From contig NC_068991.1 of NCBI RefSeq assembly GCF_001194135.2, positions 7,365,174-7,429,173 on the forward strand: a stretch of 64,000 nt of DNA. The letters are read 5' to 3'. Source of the DNA: Octopus bimaculoides (lineage: Eukaryota). Of this stretch, positions 25,677-38,294 are shown in pieces. Both the position numbers and the translations under genes were made by a program. The notes below the pieces were generated by a model. It had not been told where the DNA came from, did not search any database, and was given only the letters and a program-made list of their open reading frames with translations. The first letter of the stretch is position 1. Each line of letters starts with the position of its first letter.

Positions 25677-28600
25677 TCAAAATTTCAAAGCTTCCGTGAA
25701 GTGTTCTGTTGGATTCAATCCAAAATGTAGAGCAAGTTCATTTTGCCAAGCCCAAGCCATTCGTTCAGTACTAAAATTGACAGCAACTTGTCCCATTTTA
25801 TTTAAAACTATAGCTCCACCGCAACCATTAACTCTGTTCAACATAAAATTAATGGCTTCTTTGGCTGCTGCATCTGGATCAAATCCTAAAAAGAAAAATG
25901 ATAAAAAAGAAATTAAAAAATTATATCAATTTACAAGATATAGTTCCAGGCTAGAAATGCAAACTGTAAGTGTGGACATACCATAGCTACATTTATACTT
26001 TAGCTGGAAAAGACGGTTTTATAAGTATCAAAGAATTTAGTATTATGAGATTATTCTATTACCTTGTTCCAAAAGATGGATGATATGTTTAGCAAGACAT
26101 ACTTTTGATATAGCTTCTCCATGACCAGTTGTTGAAACTGCACCTATGTTATTATCAGCATATCCACCAGAACCTAGGGAGATAAATGTTAAATGTGATT
26201 GCTTTTTGGACAGAAAGCAGACAAGAATTGTAAATCATTGCATATGCAGTTCAGTTTGATAAATTAGCTTTGTAAGCAATGGTAACAGGTCTGCTAGAAA
26301 TAGAAGTCAAATTTCAGCCAATTACTAATAAAAAGGAAAGGATACATTGGATAATGTTGTCTTGGATATACAAAAAGACAAGATGGTCAAGGCCAGAACA
26401 TCTTTGATTAGAGCTGAAAAATAACATTGTAAGTGACGGAATGCCAACAACACGAAGATGTGACATTACATAACCACTGGATGCAAAAGATTTGAGTGTT
26501 ATCTGTTGGAAGAGTAAACTGCATGAAAGGCAGGGCACAAGTAAAATGAGAGATCATCTGGGCATGTGATGTGAATGAATATTGTGGGTTGGGTTGAGAA
26601 ACGTAGCATGTTGTCACTGGAAGGTACTTGCAGGCAAGATAGACATGTGAAGGAGTAGTGAGGTCTGATGAACGATCAAGACCACATACTGACCACAAGC
26701 CCATCCAATTCATGTCAGGACAGGTAAAAAGATATTAACAGAACTTCATGTTAAAATGAATAGAAATTATTGAAATTAAGAGACTTTACCTATTATGGGA
26801 CTGTCACCAACTCTTCCAAGTCTTTTGGCTGTGATACCACCAGTGGATGTACCACATGCTAGATTACCAAACTTATCTAGTGCAATGGCACCGACAGTAT
26901 TGTGGCCTTCACTAAGAAATGTAAATTAAACATAAACTCAATATCAATTCTCATAAATACTAAAAGTTTAACTTAAAATCCTTAATTTCTCAAAATCAAA
27001 ACTGATCATATACTATGTAATATTTCTACACAAAAGATATCAAGGACTTTAACAATTTCATATCAATTCTTCCTTCACACTTTTATTTTTCATTTAATCA
27101 GTTAATGTAATAAAAGGTTATGTTTAATGGGCAAATAAAGATGAACAATACAAGCATATAATAACACGTATATATATATATATATATGAGCGTGGCCGTT
27201 GCCAGTACCGCCTGACTGGCTCCCGTAGGATTTTCAAGCGAGATCGTTGCCAGTGCCCCTGGACTGGCTTGTGCGGGTGGCACATAAAAGACACCATTTC
27301 GAGCGTGGCCGTTTTCGTGCGGGTGACACGTAAAAGCACCCACTACACTCTCTGAGTGGTTGGCGTTAGGAAGGGCATCCAGCTGTAGAAACTCTGCCAA
27401 ATTAGACTGGAGCCTGGTGTTGCCATCCAGTTTCACCAGTCCTCAGTCAAATCGTCCAACCCATGCTAGCATGGAAAGCGGACGTTAAACGATNNNNNNN
27501 NNNNNNNNNNNNNNNNNNNNNNNNNNNNNNNNNNNNNNNNNNNNNNNNNNNNNNNNNNNNNNNNNNNNNNNNNNNNNNNNNNNNNNNNNNNNNNNNNNNN
27601 NNNNNNNNNNNNNNNNNNNNNNNNNNNNNNNNNNNNNNNNNNNNNNNNNNNNNNNNNNNNNNNNNNNNNNNNNNNNNNNNNNNNNNNNNNNNNNNNNNNN
27701 NNNNNNNNNNNNNNNNGCTGTACTCTTCCACCACAACTTTCTCTCACTCTTACTTCCTGTTTCTGTTGTGCCTGTATTTCAAAGGGTCAGCCTTGTCACA
27801 CTGTGTCACGCTGAATATCCCCGAGAACTACGTTAAGGGTACACATGTCTGTGGAGTGCTTAGCCACTTGCACGTTAATTTCACGAGCAGGCTGTTCCAT
27901 TGATTGGATCAACTGGAACCCTCGACGTCGTAAGCGATGGAGTGCCAACACACACACACACACACACACACATATATTTATATATATATACACACACACA
28001 CACATATATATGTGTGTATAAGGTTGAATGTGGATTCGTCCTTTAACTGGAATGGTTTCCAAAAATAATTGGCAGTTAAACTTTATTGGTGTCAGCCCTA
28101 AAAGTGCACCAGCCGTGTATAAATAGAAACTGAGTACATTTTCAACCTTTTGGTATTTTCCTTTAGATTTTGTCTCCTACTTCTGAATCATTTCGATATC
28201 AATAATCTCTGACCCTCCTCCCCCATTTATAGAATATAACAAACAGTTAATATATTATCAAAGATAAAAATAACATTATTATAGGGATTTAAACTCTGTT
28301 ACACATTATTTAGCTTGGACAGTAGATATAATTTCTACTTATACCATTCCAAATACGTCATATACATAGAATTGGGAAAGGAGTAATGTTTAGTTTATAT
28401 GTATAATACACACTATAAATGTTAGGTTTAAAAATCTGGAGGAAATTGCATATTAAATGTGAATATGATAACTTAAAAACCAACTTACACTTGTTTTGAT
28501 GAATGAAATAGATTTTGAATCGTGCTCTTAAATTCCATATAAGTTTGCCATTCCTTTTTAGCACTTTCTGTAACTAAAACCTCAGTTGGGACAGTAGATA

Positions 28601-31254
28601 CACCATGCTCTTCAGCAAAAGCATTAGCTCCTCTACCCACTAACAACACATGATCAGTCTGTGAAATTACGAAGGAAAATAAGATATTACATTTGAACCA
28701 GTAATCAATAATAAAGGAAGGTGTTTATAAGCCATCAAAGAAACACACAAAAACCGTTAGATTCACTTCAACATTTAAATTTAATTTGTCAACATATTTT
28801 GGTCACTTTGAGACTGCGACCTGTTCATTGACAAAATTCCATGGTTGCGGTCTCAAAGCGAAGAAAATATTTTGACAAATTAAATTTAAATGTTGAAGTG
28901 AATCTAACAGTTTTTGTGTGTTTCTTAAATGGCTTATAAATACCTTCCATGCTGCATGTCTGTGGGCATGACATAGTAAAAACACATACTAAATACAGGC
29001 CTCCAAGTTCAAGTTTAGATACGTGGAAAATAATGCAAGGAGCAGAAGAATAATAGAATATTTTTAAAAGTTACTACTTCTTGTCTGTGGTCATGACATA
29101 GTAAATGAACCGGAAGAATCTGAAGAGCTTCAAATATAATGCCTTGTAAGATTTTGCTGTACCAAGGTAGCACGCTGGCGGAATCAGTAGCACACCAAGC
29201 AAAATGCTTAACAGCATTTTGTCCACCTTTATGTTCTGAGTTCAAATTCAGCTGAGGGTGACTTTGTCTTTCATCCTTTCTGGGTCAATAAAATAAGTAC
29301 CAGTTGCATACTGGTATCGATCTAATTGACAGCCCGCCCCCATCTTCCCCCAAAATTTTGAGTCTCGTGCCTAGAGTAGAAAAGAATAATATAAGTACCA
29401 GTTGAGCACTGGGGGAATCGATGTAATCAACTTATGCCCTCCCCCCAAAATTGCTGGGCTTGTGCCAAAATTTCATTATACCAAGGCAGGAAGCTGGCAG
29501 AATGGTTAGCACAGTGAACAACACACTTAGCAGCGTTTCATCCAGCTTTACATTCTGAGTTCAAATTCTGCCAAAGTTGACTTTACCTTTCATACTTCAT
29601 AAAATAGGTACCAGTTAAATATTGGGGTCGATGTAATCAACTTAACCCCTCCCCTGAAAATGATGACCCTGTGCTAAAATTTGAAACCAACATTTCATTA
29701 TACTACTGTTTTTTTTTTTAAATATTTTAAGCTCAAATCCTTTCAGGGTTGAAAAAATAAAGTCTCTGTCAAACATTGCAGTTGACAGACTCAATTATAT
29801 TCATCATCATCATGAACGTTTAACGTCCGCCTTCCATGCTGGCATGGGTTGGACGATTTGACTGAGGACTGGTGAACTAGATGGCTGCACCAGGCTCCAG
29901 TCTGATCTGGCAAAGTTTCTACAGCTGGATGCCCTTCCTAACACCAACCACTCTGAGAATGTAGTGGGTGCTTTACTCTCTTCCAAAAATTGTGTCTATG
30001 TCAGAAACCAATATATTTAGAATTTTTATAGAACTCAAAAAACAAGTTTAAATGTTTTTCTAAAACAACCCAATGCTTATAGAGGGAACCAAATGTACAA
30101 ACTAAAACACTGCAGATCAGTCTAATATTTAAAAGAATATTACCCTTTCCATAACAATCTGAGCTAGTTGTATAGGGTTAGCAATGTTCTGCACACAAGC
30201 AACAGCACCACTGTTTAGAGTAGAACCTTCCATAATCATTGCGTCCATTTCAACTTCACCAATGCTGTTAAGCACAGATCCGGTGCCTAATGAATGAAAG
30301 TTAGTAAAACAACATGTAAATATGAGAAAACAGCTCAATCTTCTACAACACACATAAGTATATAACACTAACTGTAGTCGGTTATTTTTAGAGAGTTCAA
30401 TAATGCAGACTATGAAATATTGTAATCAACAGTAAATGTTAAATGTTCTCTGACTAATGACTTTATGGAAAGTATTTTATTATTGTTGTTGTTGTTGGCA
30501 CTCCGTCGCTTACAACGACGACGAGGGTTCCAGTTGATCCGATCAACAGAACAGCCTGCTCGTGAAATTAACGTGCAAGTGGCTGAGCACTCCACAGACA
30601 CGTGTACCCTTAACGTAGTTCTCGGGATATTCAGCGTGACACAGTGTGACAAGGCTGACCCTTCGAATTACAGGCACAACAGAAACAGGAAGTAAGAGTG
30701 AGAGAAAGTTGTGGTGGAAGAGTACAGCAGGGTTCACCACCATCCCCTGCCGGAGCCTCGTGGAGCATTAGGTGTTTTCGCTCAATAAACACTTACAACG
30801 CCTGGTCTGGGAATCGAAACCACGATCCTATGATCGCGAGTCTGCTGCCCTAACCACTGGGCCATTGTGCCTCCACGGAGTTTATAATGTCTATGAGAAA
30901 TACAGCAATAAAATACATATCTATCTGTAAATGGTGCATTTTGTTTCAACAAATTCTCAACTAGTTTTAACTTATCAGCAAAAAAAATTTCTGATAGGAA
31001 CAAATTTAAACAGAGACCAATGTGTTTATGGAGAAATGGGTTTTAAAAAGTTACATACCAGCATCAAAGACAGGATCATTCTCAAGACTTGTCACAGCAG
31101 TCACAACAGCATCTATTGCACTTCCATTTTGCTTTAATTTCATAAATCCCAAATTAGCAGCATGTTTTACTCCTTCTACACTTCTTTCAGACATATCATC
31201 GGGTATAGCCCAAGCTCCACCATGGACGGCTATAATGGGCTTTATATCATTCAT
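25677..31254 (-). CDS. ASRGL1: Isoaspartyl peptidase / L-asparaginase (Ntn-hydrolase), 316 aa. Exons 31059-31254, 30144-30286, 28489-28658, 26790-26911, 26063-26173, 25677-25885.
   Basis: [33 protein letters not shown] (catalytic Thr), TSTGG, GRVGDSP, STTGHGE, GCGGAI motifs. Exon lengths sum to 951 nt (316 codons plus stop). All introns GT-AG with consistent phases. Confidence 0.95.
28716..28948. mobile_element. Fold-back element / MITE with about 85-bp near-perfect inverted arms in ASRGL1 intron 2
   Basis: ggaaggtgtttataagccat...tttaatttgtcaacatatttt pairs with aaaatattttgacaaattaaa...atggcttataaataccttcc, and an inner stem ctttgagactgcgacc / ggttgcggtctcaaag. Confidence 0.75.
30483..30874 (-). 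mobile_element. tRNA-derived SINE, near full length (family E, CAA tail)
   Basis: Minus strand starts ggaggcacaatggcccagtggttagggcagcagac...ggtttcgattccc (A and B boxes) and ends in (caa)n. Related copies at 27717-27950, 11416-11720, 49147-49270. Confidence 0.8.
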
Positions 31255-32422
31255 ATTTCAGCCTGTCTCTTCTTGTTTTCTACTTTGCCAGTTTCTTTAT
31301 TAAAATATTTAAACATGTGTTCTTTAAAAACAATATGTATATATGTGGGTGTGTATATAAGTAAAGAAACATATCTTCTAAAGTGCATGAAAGGGTTAGC
31401 TGCAAGTTGCACACAATCTTACATAGATAACAAGCCCCAAATATTGGTGAAAAATTTAATGAGCACTGGAACAAAAACTTCAAAAAACTCCTCCCAACAT
31501 GCACTAGTCATATATATGGTGGTATTCTTTTCTACTCTAGACACAAGGTTCAAAATTGGTGGGGGGGGGGGGAAGTCAATTAGATTGACTCCAGTACGCA
31601 ACTGGTACTTAACTTATTGACCCCCCCACAAAAGGATGAAAGGCAACCCCTCAATCTACAGGGTCTAAGTGATTATTTGTTGGAAGTTTCGTTTATAGCA
31701 TCCATTTTTCAGGAAGTTATGAGGCAACAAAGTCGGTGGGGTAGTTATGTCAAAGTTATGAGCGGGGAGGCAAGTCAGATTGTGTGAATTTACCGAAACT
31801 CCTCTTCCTACCCCCTTGGGGAAATNNNNNNNNNNNNNNNNNNNNNNNNNNNNNNNNNNNNNNNNNNNNNNNNNNNNNNNNNNNNNNNNNNNNNNNNNNN
31901 NNNNNNNNNNNNNNNNNNNNNNNNNNNNNNNNNNNNNNNNNNNNNNNNNNNNNNNNNNNNNNNNNNNNNNNNNNNNNNNNNNNNNNNNNNNNNNNNNNNN
32001 NNNNNNNNNNNNNNNNNNNNNNNNNNNNNNNNNNNNNNNNNNNNNNNNNNNNNNNNNNNNNNNNNNNNNNNNNNNNNNNNNNNNNNNNNNNNNNNNNNNN
32101 NNNNNNNNNNNNNNNNNNNNNNNNNNNNNNNNNNNNNNNNNNNNNNNNNNNNNNNNNNNNNNNNNNNNNNNNNNNNNNNNNNNNNNNNNNNNNNNNNNNN
32201 NNNNNNNNNNNNNNNNNNNNNNNNNNNNNNNNNNNNNNNNNNNNNNNNNNNNNNNNNNNNNNNNNNNNNNNNNNNNNNNNNNNNNNNNNNNNNNNNNNNN
32301 NNNNNNNNNNNNNNNNNNNNNNNNNNNNNNNNNNNNNNNTTCTGAAAAAAAATTTTCAAAAATCTCAATTTCAAAATTTCGATTCCCCCTTCCCCGGTTT
32401 TTATATAGATCCACAGGGTAAA

Positions 32423-32455
32423 CCTAACCCTAACCCTAACCCTAACCCTAACCCT
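32423..32455. repeat. Interstitial (CCCTAA)n telomere-type repeat, about 5 units
   Basis: cctaaccctaaccctaaccctaaccctaaccct followed by degenerate units. Confidence 0.85.
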
Positions 32456-32803
32456 GAACCTGACCTGAGATTTGGCTGTTATTTCTAGCAAGTAAATAGC
32501 CTGCATGGGTGGGGGGTTGAAATTTTTCAAACAATTTTTTTTCAGAATCGGAATCTCCATAGCCTAAAACGTGGGATTCCGTAAAAAAATAAATAAATAA
32601 GGGGGGGGTTCAGATTACATATAGTCCGTCTCCGCCCTTCTCCACTTGGTGCCAACATGACCTTTCCGTCCTTTAAATAAAGAAATAACAAATATATTTA
32701 CTTACCTGAGTACTTAATGATATTGAATAAAAATCGATTTCTAAATATAATTATTTGTAAAAACAGACAGTTTTTAAAAAAAATATTTTAGATATATTTA
32801 AAC

Positions 32804-33043
32804 TTAGACGGGCATTTGTGCTGCTTTTGATTGAGTCGAAGGGTCTTCAAAACAATTCGTACCAGTTTCTTCTTCGATTTTTTTCTGAATTTTAGCAGCC
32901 TTTTTATCATAAAAGCTTTTCACTCTCTTCAAATAGCTTACACGTAAAGTTTTTAATCTGTATCCGACTACAACACCTATGACAAATGCAATTGATGCCG
33001 CTATAACAATTTCCCTGCCCGTGGCATGCATTTTGACGAGCAT
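32804..33043 (-). CDS. MTLN: Mitoregulin (MTLN)-like microprotein, 75-79 aa, single exon
   Basis: M(LVKM)HATGREIVIAASIAFVIGVVVGYRLKTLRVSYLKRVKSFYDKKAAKIQKKIEEETG... has one TM helix plus a basic amphipathic tail. It aligns without gaps to recalled human MTLN (AFASGVLLGW...LRRRYL...K.....K.A..QKK), about 16/49 identities. ATGs at 33043 and 33031, both with A at -3. Confidence 0.75.
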   Translation of the reverse strand: MLVKMHATGREIVIAASIAFVIGVVVGYRLKTLRVSYLKRVKSFYDKKAAKIQKKIEEETGTNCFEDPSTQSKAAQMPV

Positions 33044-33168
33044 TTTCAAACTCAATCATGTTTAACTTAGCTAGAAAACTATGGAATACAATATGCGTCA
33101 TCTAAGCCTAATTTGTGTTAACTTGTTTTAGGTAAACTAGTGAATGTGCGAGCGAGTGCACATATAGT

Positions 33169-33420
33169 CTTTTACTCTTTAACTTGTTTCAGTCATTTGA
33201 CTGCGGTCATGCTGGAGCACCGCCTTTAGTCGAGCAAATCGACCCCAGGACTTATTCTTTGTAAGCCTAGTACTTATTCTATCGATCGCTTTTGCCGAAC
33301 CGCTAAGTCACGGGGACATAAACACACCAGCATCGGTTGTCAAGTGATGTTGGGGGTGGGAACAAACACAGACACACATACATATATACAACGGGCTTCT
33401 TTCAGTTTCCGTCTATCAAA
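33169..33420 (-). mobile_element. Octopus-type SINE (family C/D, microsatellite-interrupted body)
   Basis: Recurrent gtttcagtcatttgactgcggccatgctggagcaccgcc...aacacaccagcatcggttgtcaag unit. Other copies near 8670-8960, 13370-13570, 37640-37860, 43250-43560, 45320-45660, 51590-51900. Head part cttgggcaagtgtcttctactatag (CORE-like) near 2495, 12850, 22005, 57870. Confidence 0.8.
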
Positions 33421-35949
33421 GAAACCGAGTAATCAAGATATTGTAGCACGTCTGTTCAACCGTACTTCTTTTTCACTCGTTCCACATGAATTGTCTGAAT
33501 GGTGATGTTTATGAAACTAGCACATATTTTTTTGTTGCACGTTTCGTTATGTCTCCGTTCCGTTTTAAGTTCAAATCATACTGGATGATCGATTTCGTTA
33601 TTCCAACCTTTGAGGGATTGATAAAATAAGTAGCAGCAGCAATTAACTGAGAATTAATTCAATGCACTAAACGTCTATCTTTAAAAACAAAACAAAAAAA
33701 ACATTCAGAAAAAGATCGTTATTTTATTATTTTTCCTGTAATAAAATTCGTTTGAAAATATTTTTAATTGCAATTAATTTTTAAAAATAAAATATTTTAA
33801 ACTGAAAGCTGTACATTTTTTTATATATATATATATCATAATGATGCATTTTCGGGATAATAAACAATTTCTACGAACATAACGTCGGGTGAAGCTACTT
33901 TCACATTTAGATGAATTAGTTGACTCTAAAGGGCGCTATTTACCGCAATTTCTTGGGTTCCACTATAAACAGTAAGTTAATTAATAATCAGACGGATTGT
34001 TTTTTTTTGGGGGGGGGGATCAGGTTTTAAATCATAAATGTGTGTGAAAACAAATTCATTACATGATGAATTTTGCGACAAATTATTTATAATTCCAATT
34101 TTAATGTATGTGGTGCCGGAACAAGCACAAAAATTATCAGTAATTGATCAACAGCATTTGTTTACATTAGAAAAGCTTTTGCATACATCTCGATCGATAA
34201 TCAATCATTATACACTTTTAATTTGGTTAATGCATTTGGAAAGTGCGTTTATACAGGTAGTTTGGTGAATTGTTTAAAATATTGTTATTTCAAATATATT
34301 TAATCTCCTTTTTAGTTTACATTGAGAAAATGTAGTTTAACATTGGGAAATATAAAAATGAAACCAGATAATATCGACTTATCGCTGTTAACTATCGTAG
34401 TCAAGACTTGAATTATGAAAGCTATTTTCATATTAATACCTGAACTTTAGCAGCCCAACCTGACCTCGTGCCTGATAATAACTATTATTATTTTACTTTC
34501 AATACATCATCCTTTAACACATTATCTAAATTCATGCCCATTCGCGCTCATTTGAGTTATTCTTCTTAGCTGAGTTTATTTCTTTAATTATATAAATTAT
34601 TACTAACCTCAAAATCGTCGCATCTATTTTTCTATATGTAAGCTTTTGTCAAATTATTTAAGCGAGCTTGAGTAAGTTGTGTTGATGAGGTCCAATAAGA
34701 TCAAAACATGCTCATAGTTGTTCCTTTGTCTGCAAACAAAGATCAGATTTCCCCTAAACATGTATTTTAATTTTGAAAAATTAATTCTTGATTTCTTGAA
34801 GGCTAAATAATCTTTGATTGCTAGTTTCGAGCCTTTTTTTTTTTCTTCTTTTTGCCTACATTATTGAGTAACTACTCAAATTCAGGCCATTAGTTCATCT
34901 GAGTTGTTTTCCTTAGCTCATTTTTGTAAAATTAACAATTATTAACGTTTTCCAATTAGATAATATATGGTTTCCCTAGTTCAAACAGATTTAGAATCAC
35001 AAATTCTTTTACTCCTGGTGAAATATTCTACCACTGTGTATTTTTTCCCCTATAAATAATAATTTTAAATGCAATGGAAGCTGGATTGATATAATGTAAT
35101 ACACAGCAGCATATGTACCTGACATAGCAAGAACTGTAGCAAGTCTAGTAATATGATCAAGGAAATATTTTGATATTGCATATTTAACAAGAGGCAAATA
35201 TAGTCCACTGTTATGTCTTACTTCTGTATCATTTAGATTTCTTGTTCAGAAAATATTGCCCATACATCTAATTCTTCTCCAGATTGTTATAACTTTGAAA
35301 GTTCTTTTGCTCCACCTTTTCCCATACAGACATCAGCCTATTGAAGTTTGAACTGAACAAGAATGGCATTGATCTGGGAGGGCCTGGTAAATACCATAAA
35401 AATGCCCCTCCTCCTTGGACATATAAGTTCTGAGAAGCTGGTGGTCCTTTGTGTTGGCAACAATTATAGAGTGAAGTACATAAGTTTGGATATGTTCATA
35501 TGTCAAAAGGAGAAAAGGAATCTGATGTTCCCAGACCAACCCTTCGTTTGAGAAAAGAGATTTTCTAACCCATAGATTTAGGGTAAGGAGAGAGGGTAAA
35601 TGAATGAAGTGTGTGTAGGTAAAGTATTGGAAGGAAGAAAAAGTAATGAAATTCAAAATATTCATTTTTGTGTAGTGTTGTTTAACTAGAAGTCAGTGGA
35701 CACAAGTGATAGTTTAAAGAAGTGAAAAAATATGAGTATAGAGATAGTGTAGAAAATATTGGTGACGTTATGTGGTCAGGGAATAGAGGCAGAAATTACA
35801 GAAGAATATGCATTTTTATAAGGTGGAAGGCTTCTCTGATACCCTGCTATTCCTTGGTGGAAATATTGATATGATATGGTTTACATTATACTAGAATCAT
35901 TTTCCCAAAACTGTATTTTAGAATGAACTGTTTTCTTTCTATTTCAAAG

Positions 35950-36003
35950 GTTATTAATGACTACTGACGGCTATTCTTCAAAATTGCCAAAAATTCTCAA
36001 AAT
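35950..36003 (+). other. Candidate alternative first coding exon of PPME1 (MTTDGYSSKLPKILK)
   Basis: Polypyrimidine acceptor tttctatttcaaag, ATG at 35957, donor AT|GTAAGT at 36003/36004, phase 2, in frame with the exon at 43887. Confidence 0.35.
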
Positions 36004-38257
36004 GTAAGTTACACAGTATGTTTCTAAATTTCATCAATCCCCTTTATTTTATTATTCAATGCTTTTCCAGAATTAAATGTTTTTACAGGATGTTTTTTTA
36101 AATTTTTTATTTCTGACTGCTATTAGTGGGGAATCTTTTGTATTAACCTAGTGTATTATTGAGAGAAATTTATTGTTTGGATCTCTACTGTGGAACTTTG
36201 AATCCTATTGTCTACTTACTGGGATTATAGGCGATCGTTTTAGGAGAAAATAGTTGTTTTAGAGAGCATGATTTCTTTGACTTCTCAGTAAAAAATACTT
36301 AAGATAATAGTATGTGAGTTGAGTGAGAGTTGGCTACTATTTCTAGCGGGTCAAAGTAACAGCATAGAGCCTTTTTCTATGGCTTGTTAATAACAAATAT
36401 TTTAATGATTCATCAGGTAGTCTTCATCAGTAATACTGGTTGTTGTTGAGCCCAAGCTCAGCTCTGACTGAGCAGACCAATAATCAAACTGATTATCACA
36501 TTCCATGTGGTTGGTAAGCAAACTACTTACCACACAGCCACTCCTGCACCTATATGATCTGTAATTAATATATACATTTAACATTAAATCAATTTGTGAT
36601 TTGATTAATCAAGATGAATATAACTGGATTATTCATGTGGAAATTGATATGCCAGCTAGATAAATATGTTTAGTTACAAAAGGACATCAAGGCTGCTATC
36701 AAGAATTTTCATGTTTCTCCTATAATCTCTTGAGCTTTGCATTCATACAACATGACTATAGACTAACTGGTATGATGTACATTGTTGTACCAACAATGTC
36801 TCAAGAGAAATACTCTAAATTACAATAGGATAGGTGTACTTTCGATATAGTTTTTCTTAAGTGTATTTATGTAACTATTATGCAATAAATTAAACAAGTA
36901 TTCATGCTAAGAATAAGATTCTTGGTAGTCAAGAATCCATTTGTTGCTAACATTCAGGCTAGGTCTTCAGTCCTCTCTCTCACCCATCTTTGGGACCTTG
37001 AAAATGGTGATGAGCAATGAGCTTTCTTCTTCACTGTACAAAAAAAGACAAAAAGAAGAGTTACCTAATATATAAATCATGCCACTGGACTCGCTCCTGT
37101 GCAGGTGGCACGTAAAATACACCATTTTGAGGGCGGCCGTTGCCAGTACTGCCTGACTGGTTTTCATGCTGGTGGCATGTAAAAGCACCCACTACACTCT
37201 TGGAGTAGTTGGCGTTAGGAAGGGCATCCAGCTGTAGAAGCTCTGCCAAATCAGATTGGAACCTGGTGTAGCCCTCTCATTCACCAGTCCTCAGTCAAAT
37301 CGTCCAACCCATGCAAGCATGGAAAGCAGACATTAAACGATGATGGTGATGATGATGATCTCATCATTAGTTGGCAGAGAGCAAATTAACCCCGGTGCTC
37401 CCCAGTGCAGCAAAGAGGTTTGAAAGTTAAACATTGATGCAGGTCTAAAAATTACATTTTCCAAAAAAGTGTGATGAATGGGATTTCATTAAGAGCAAAT
37501 GATAAAACAATCAGAGAGGAATTGTATGCATGCTCCTTGGGGCTTCTAAGCATTGTACAATGGGGAACAACTGGACTAGGTCAATCAGTGTGCACCCACC
37601 ATCATTTGGAATGTATACTAGGCTGTATACTGTGTTTATAGAAACTCTCTTTTACTCTTTTACTTGTTTCAGTCAATTGACTGCGGCCATGCTGGAGCAC
37701 CGCCTTTAGTCGAGCAAATCGACCCCAGGACTTATTCTTTGTAAGCCTAGTACTTATTCTAGCGGTCTCTTTTTGCCGAACCGCTAAGTTACGGGGACGC
37801 AAACACACCAGCATCGGTTGTCAAGCGATTTTAGGGGGACCAACACAAACACACAAACATGCACACACACTATTCTTATCATCATAATTTAACACCCATT
37901 TTCCACGCTGGCATGGGTTGCAGGGTCTAAGTGGATCTGGTGAGTCACAGGGTTGTGTCAAACTCCGGTATCAGTTTTGGCATGGCTTCTATAGTTGGGT
38001 GCTTTTCTTGTGCTACTGACATTTCGACTAAGTGAAGGGAAGTATTTGAGAAGGGGAGGTTGCTAAAGATGTTGAGAGCTTAAAATATGATCGAGGGACA
38101 TATGCAGGTGTTGTGCTATAGAGAAGATACATGGCTACTCTGCATTATATAAGGGTAGGTGGGAGTAACTGGAAAAAAGATAAGATGGTAGTGACAGAGT
38201 GAATGCTCAATTCTATTGACTAATTGTTGCCAATGCAAGCTGCCATCAGTTTCGTTG

Positions 38258-38294
<37 letters not shown>

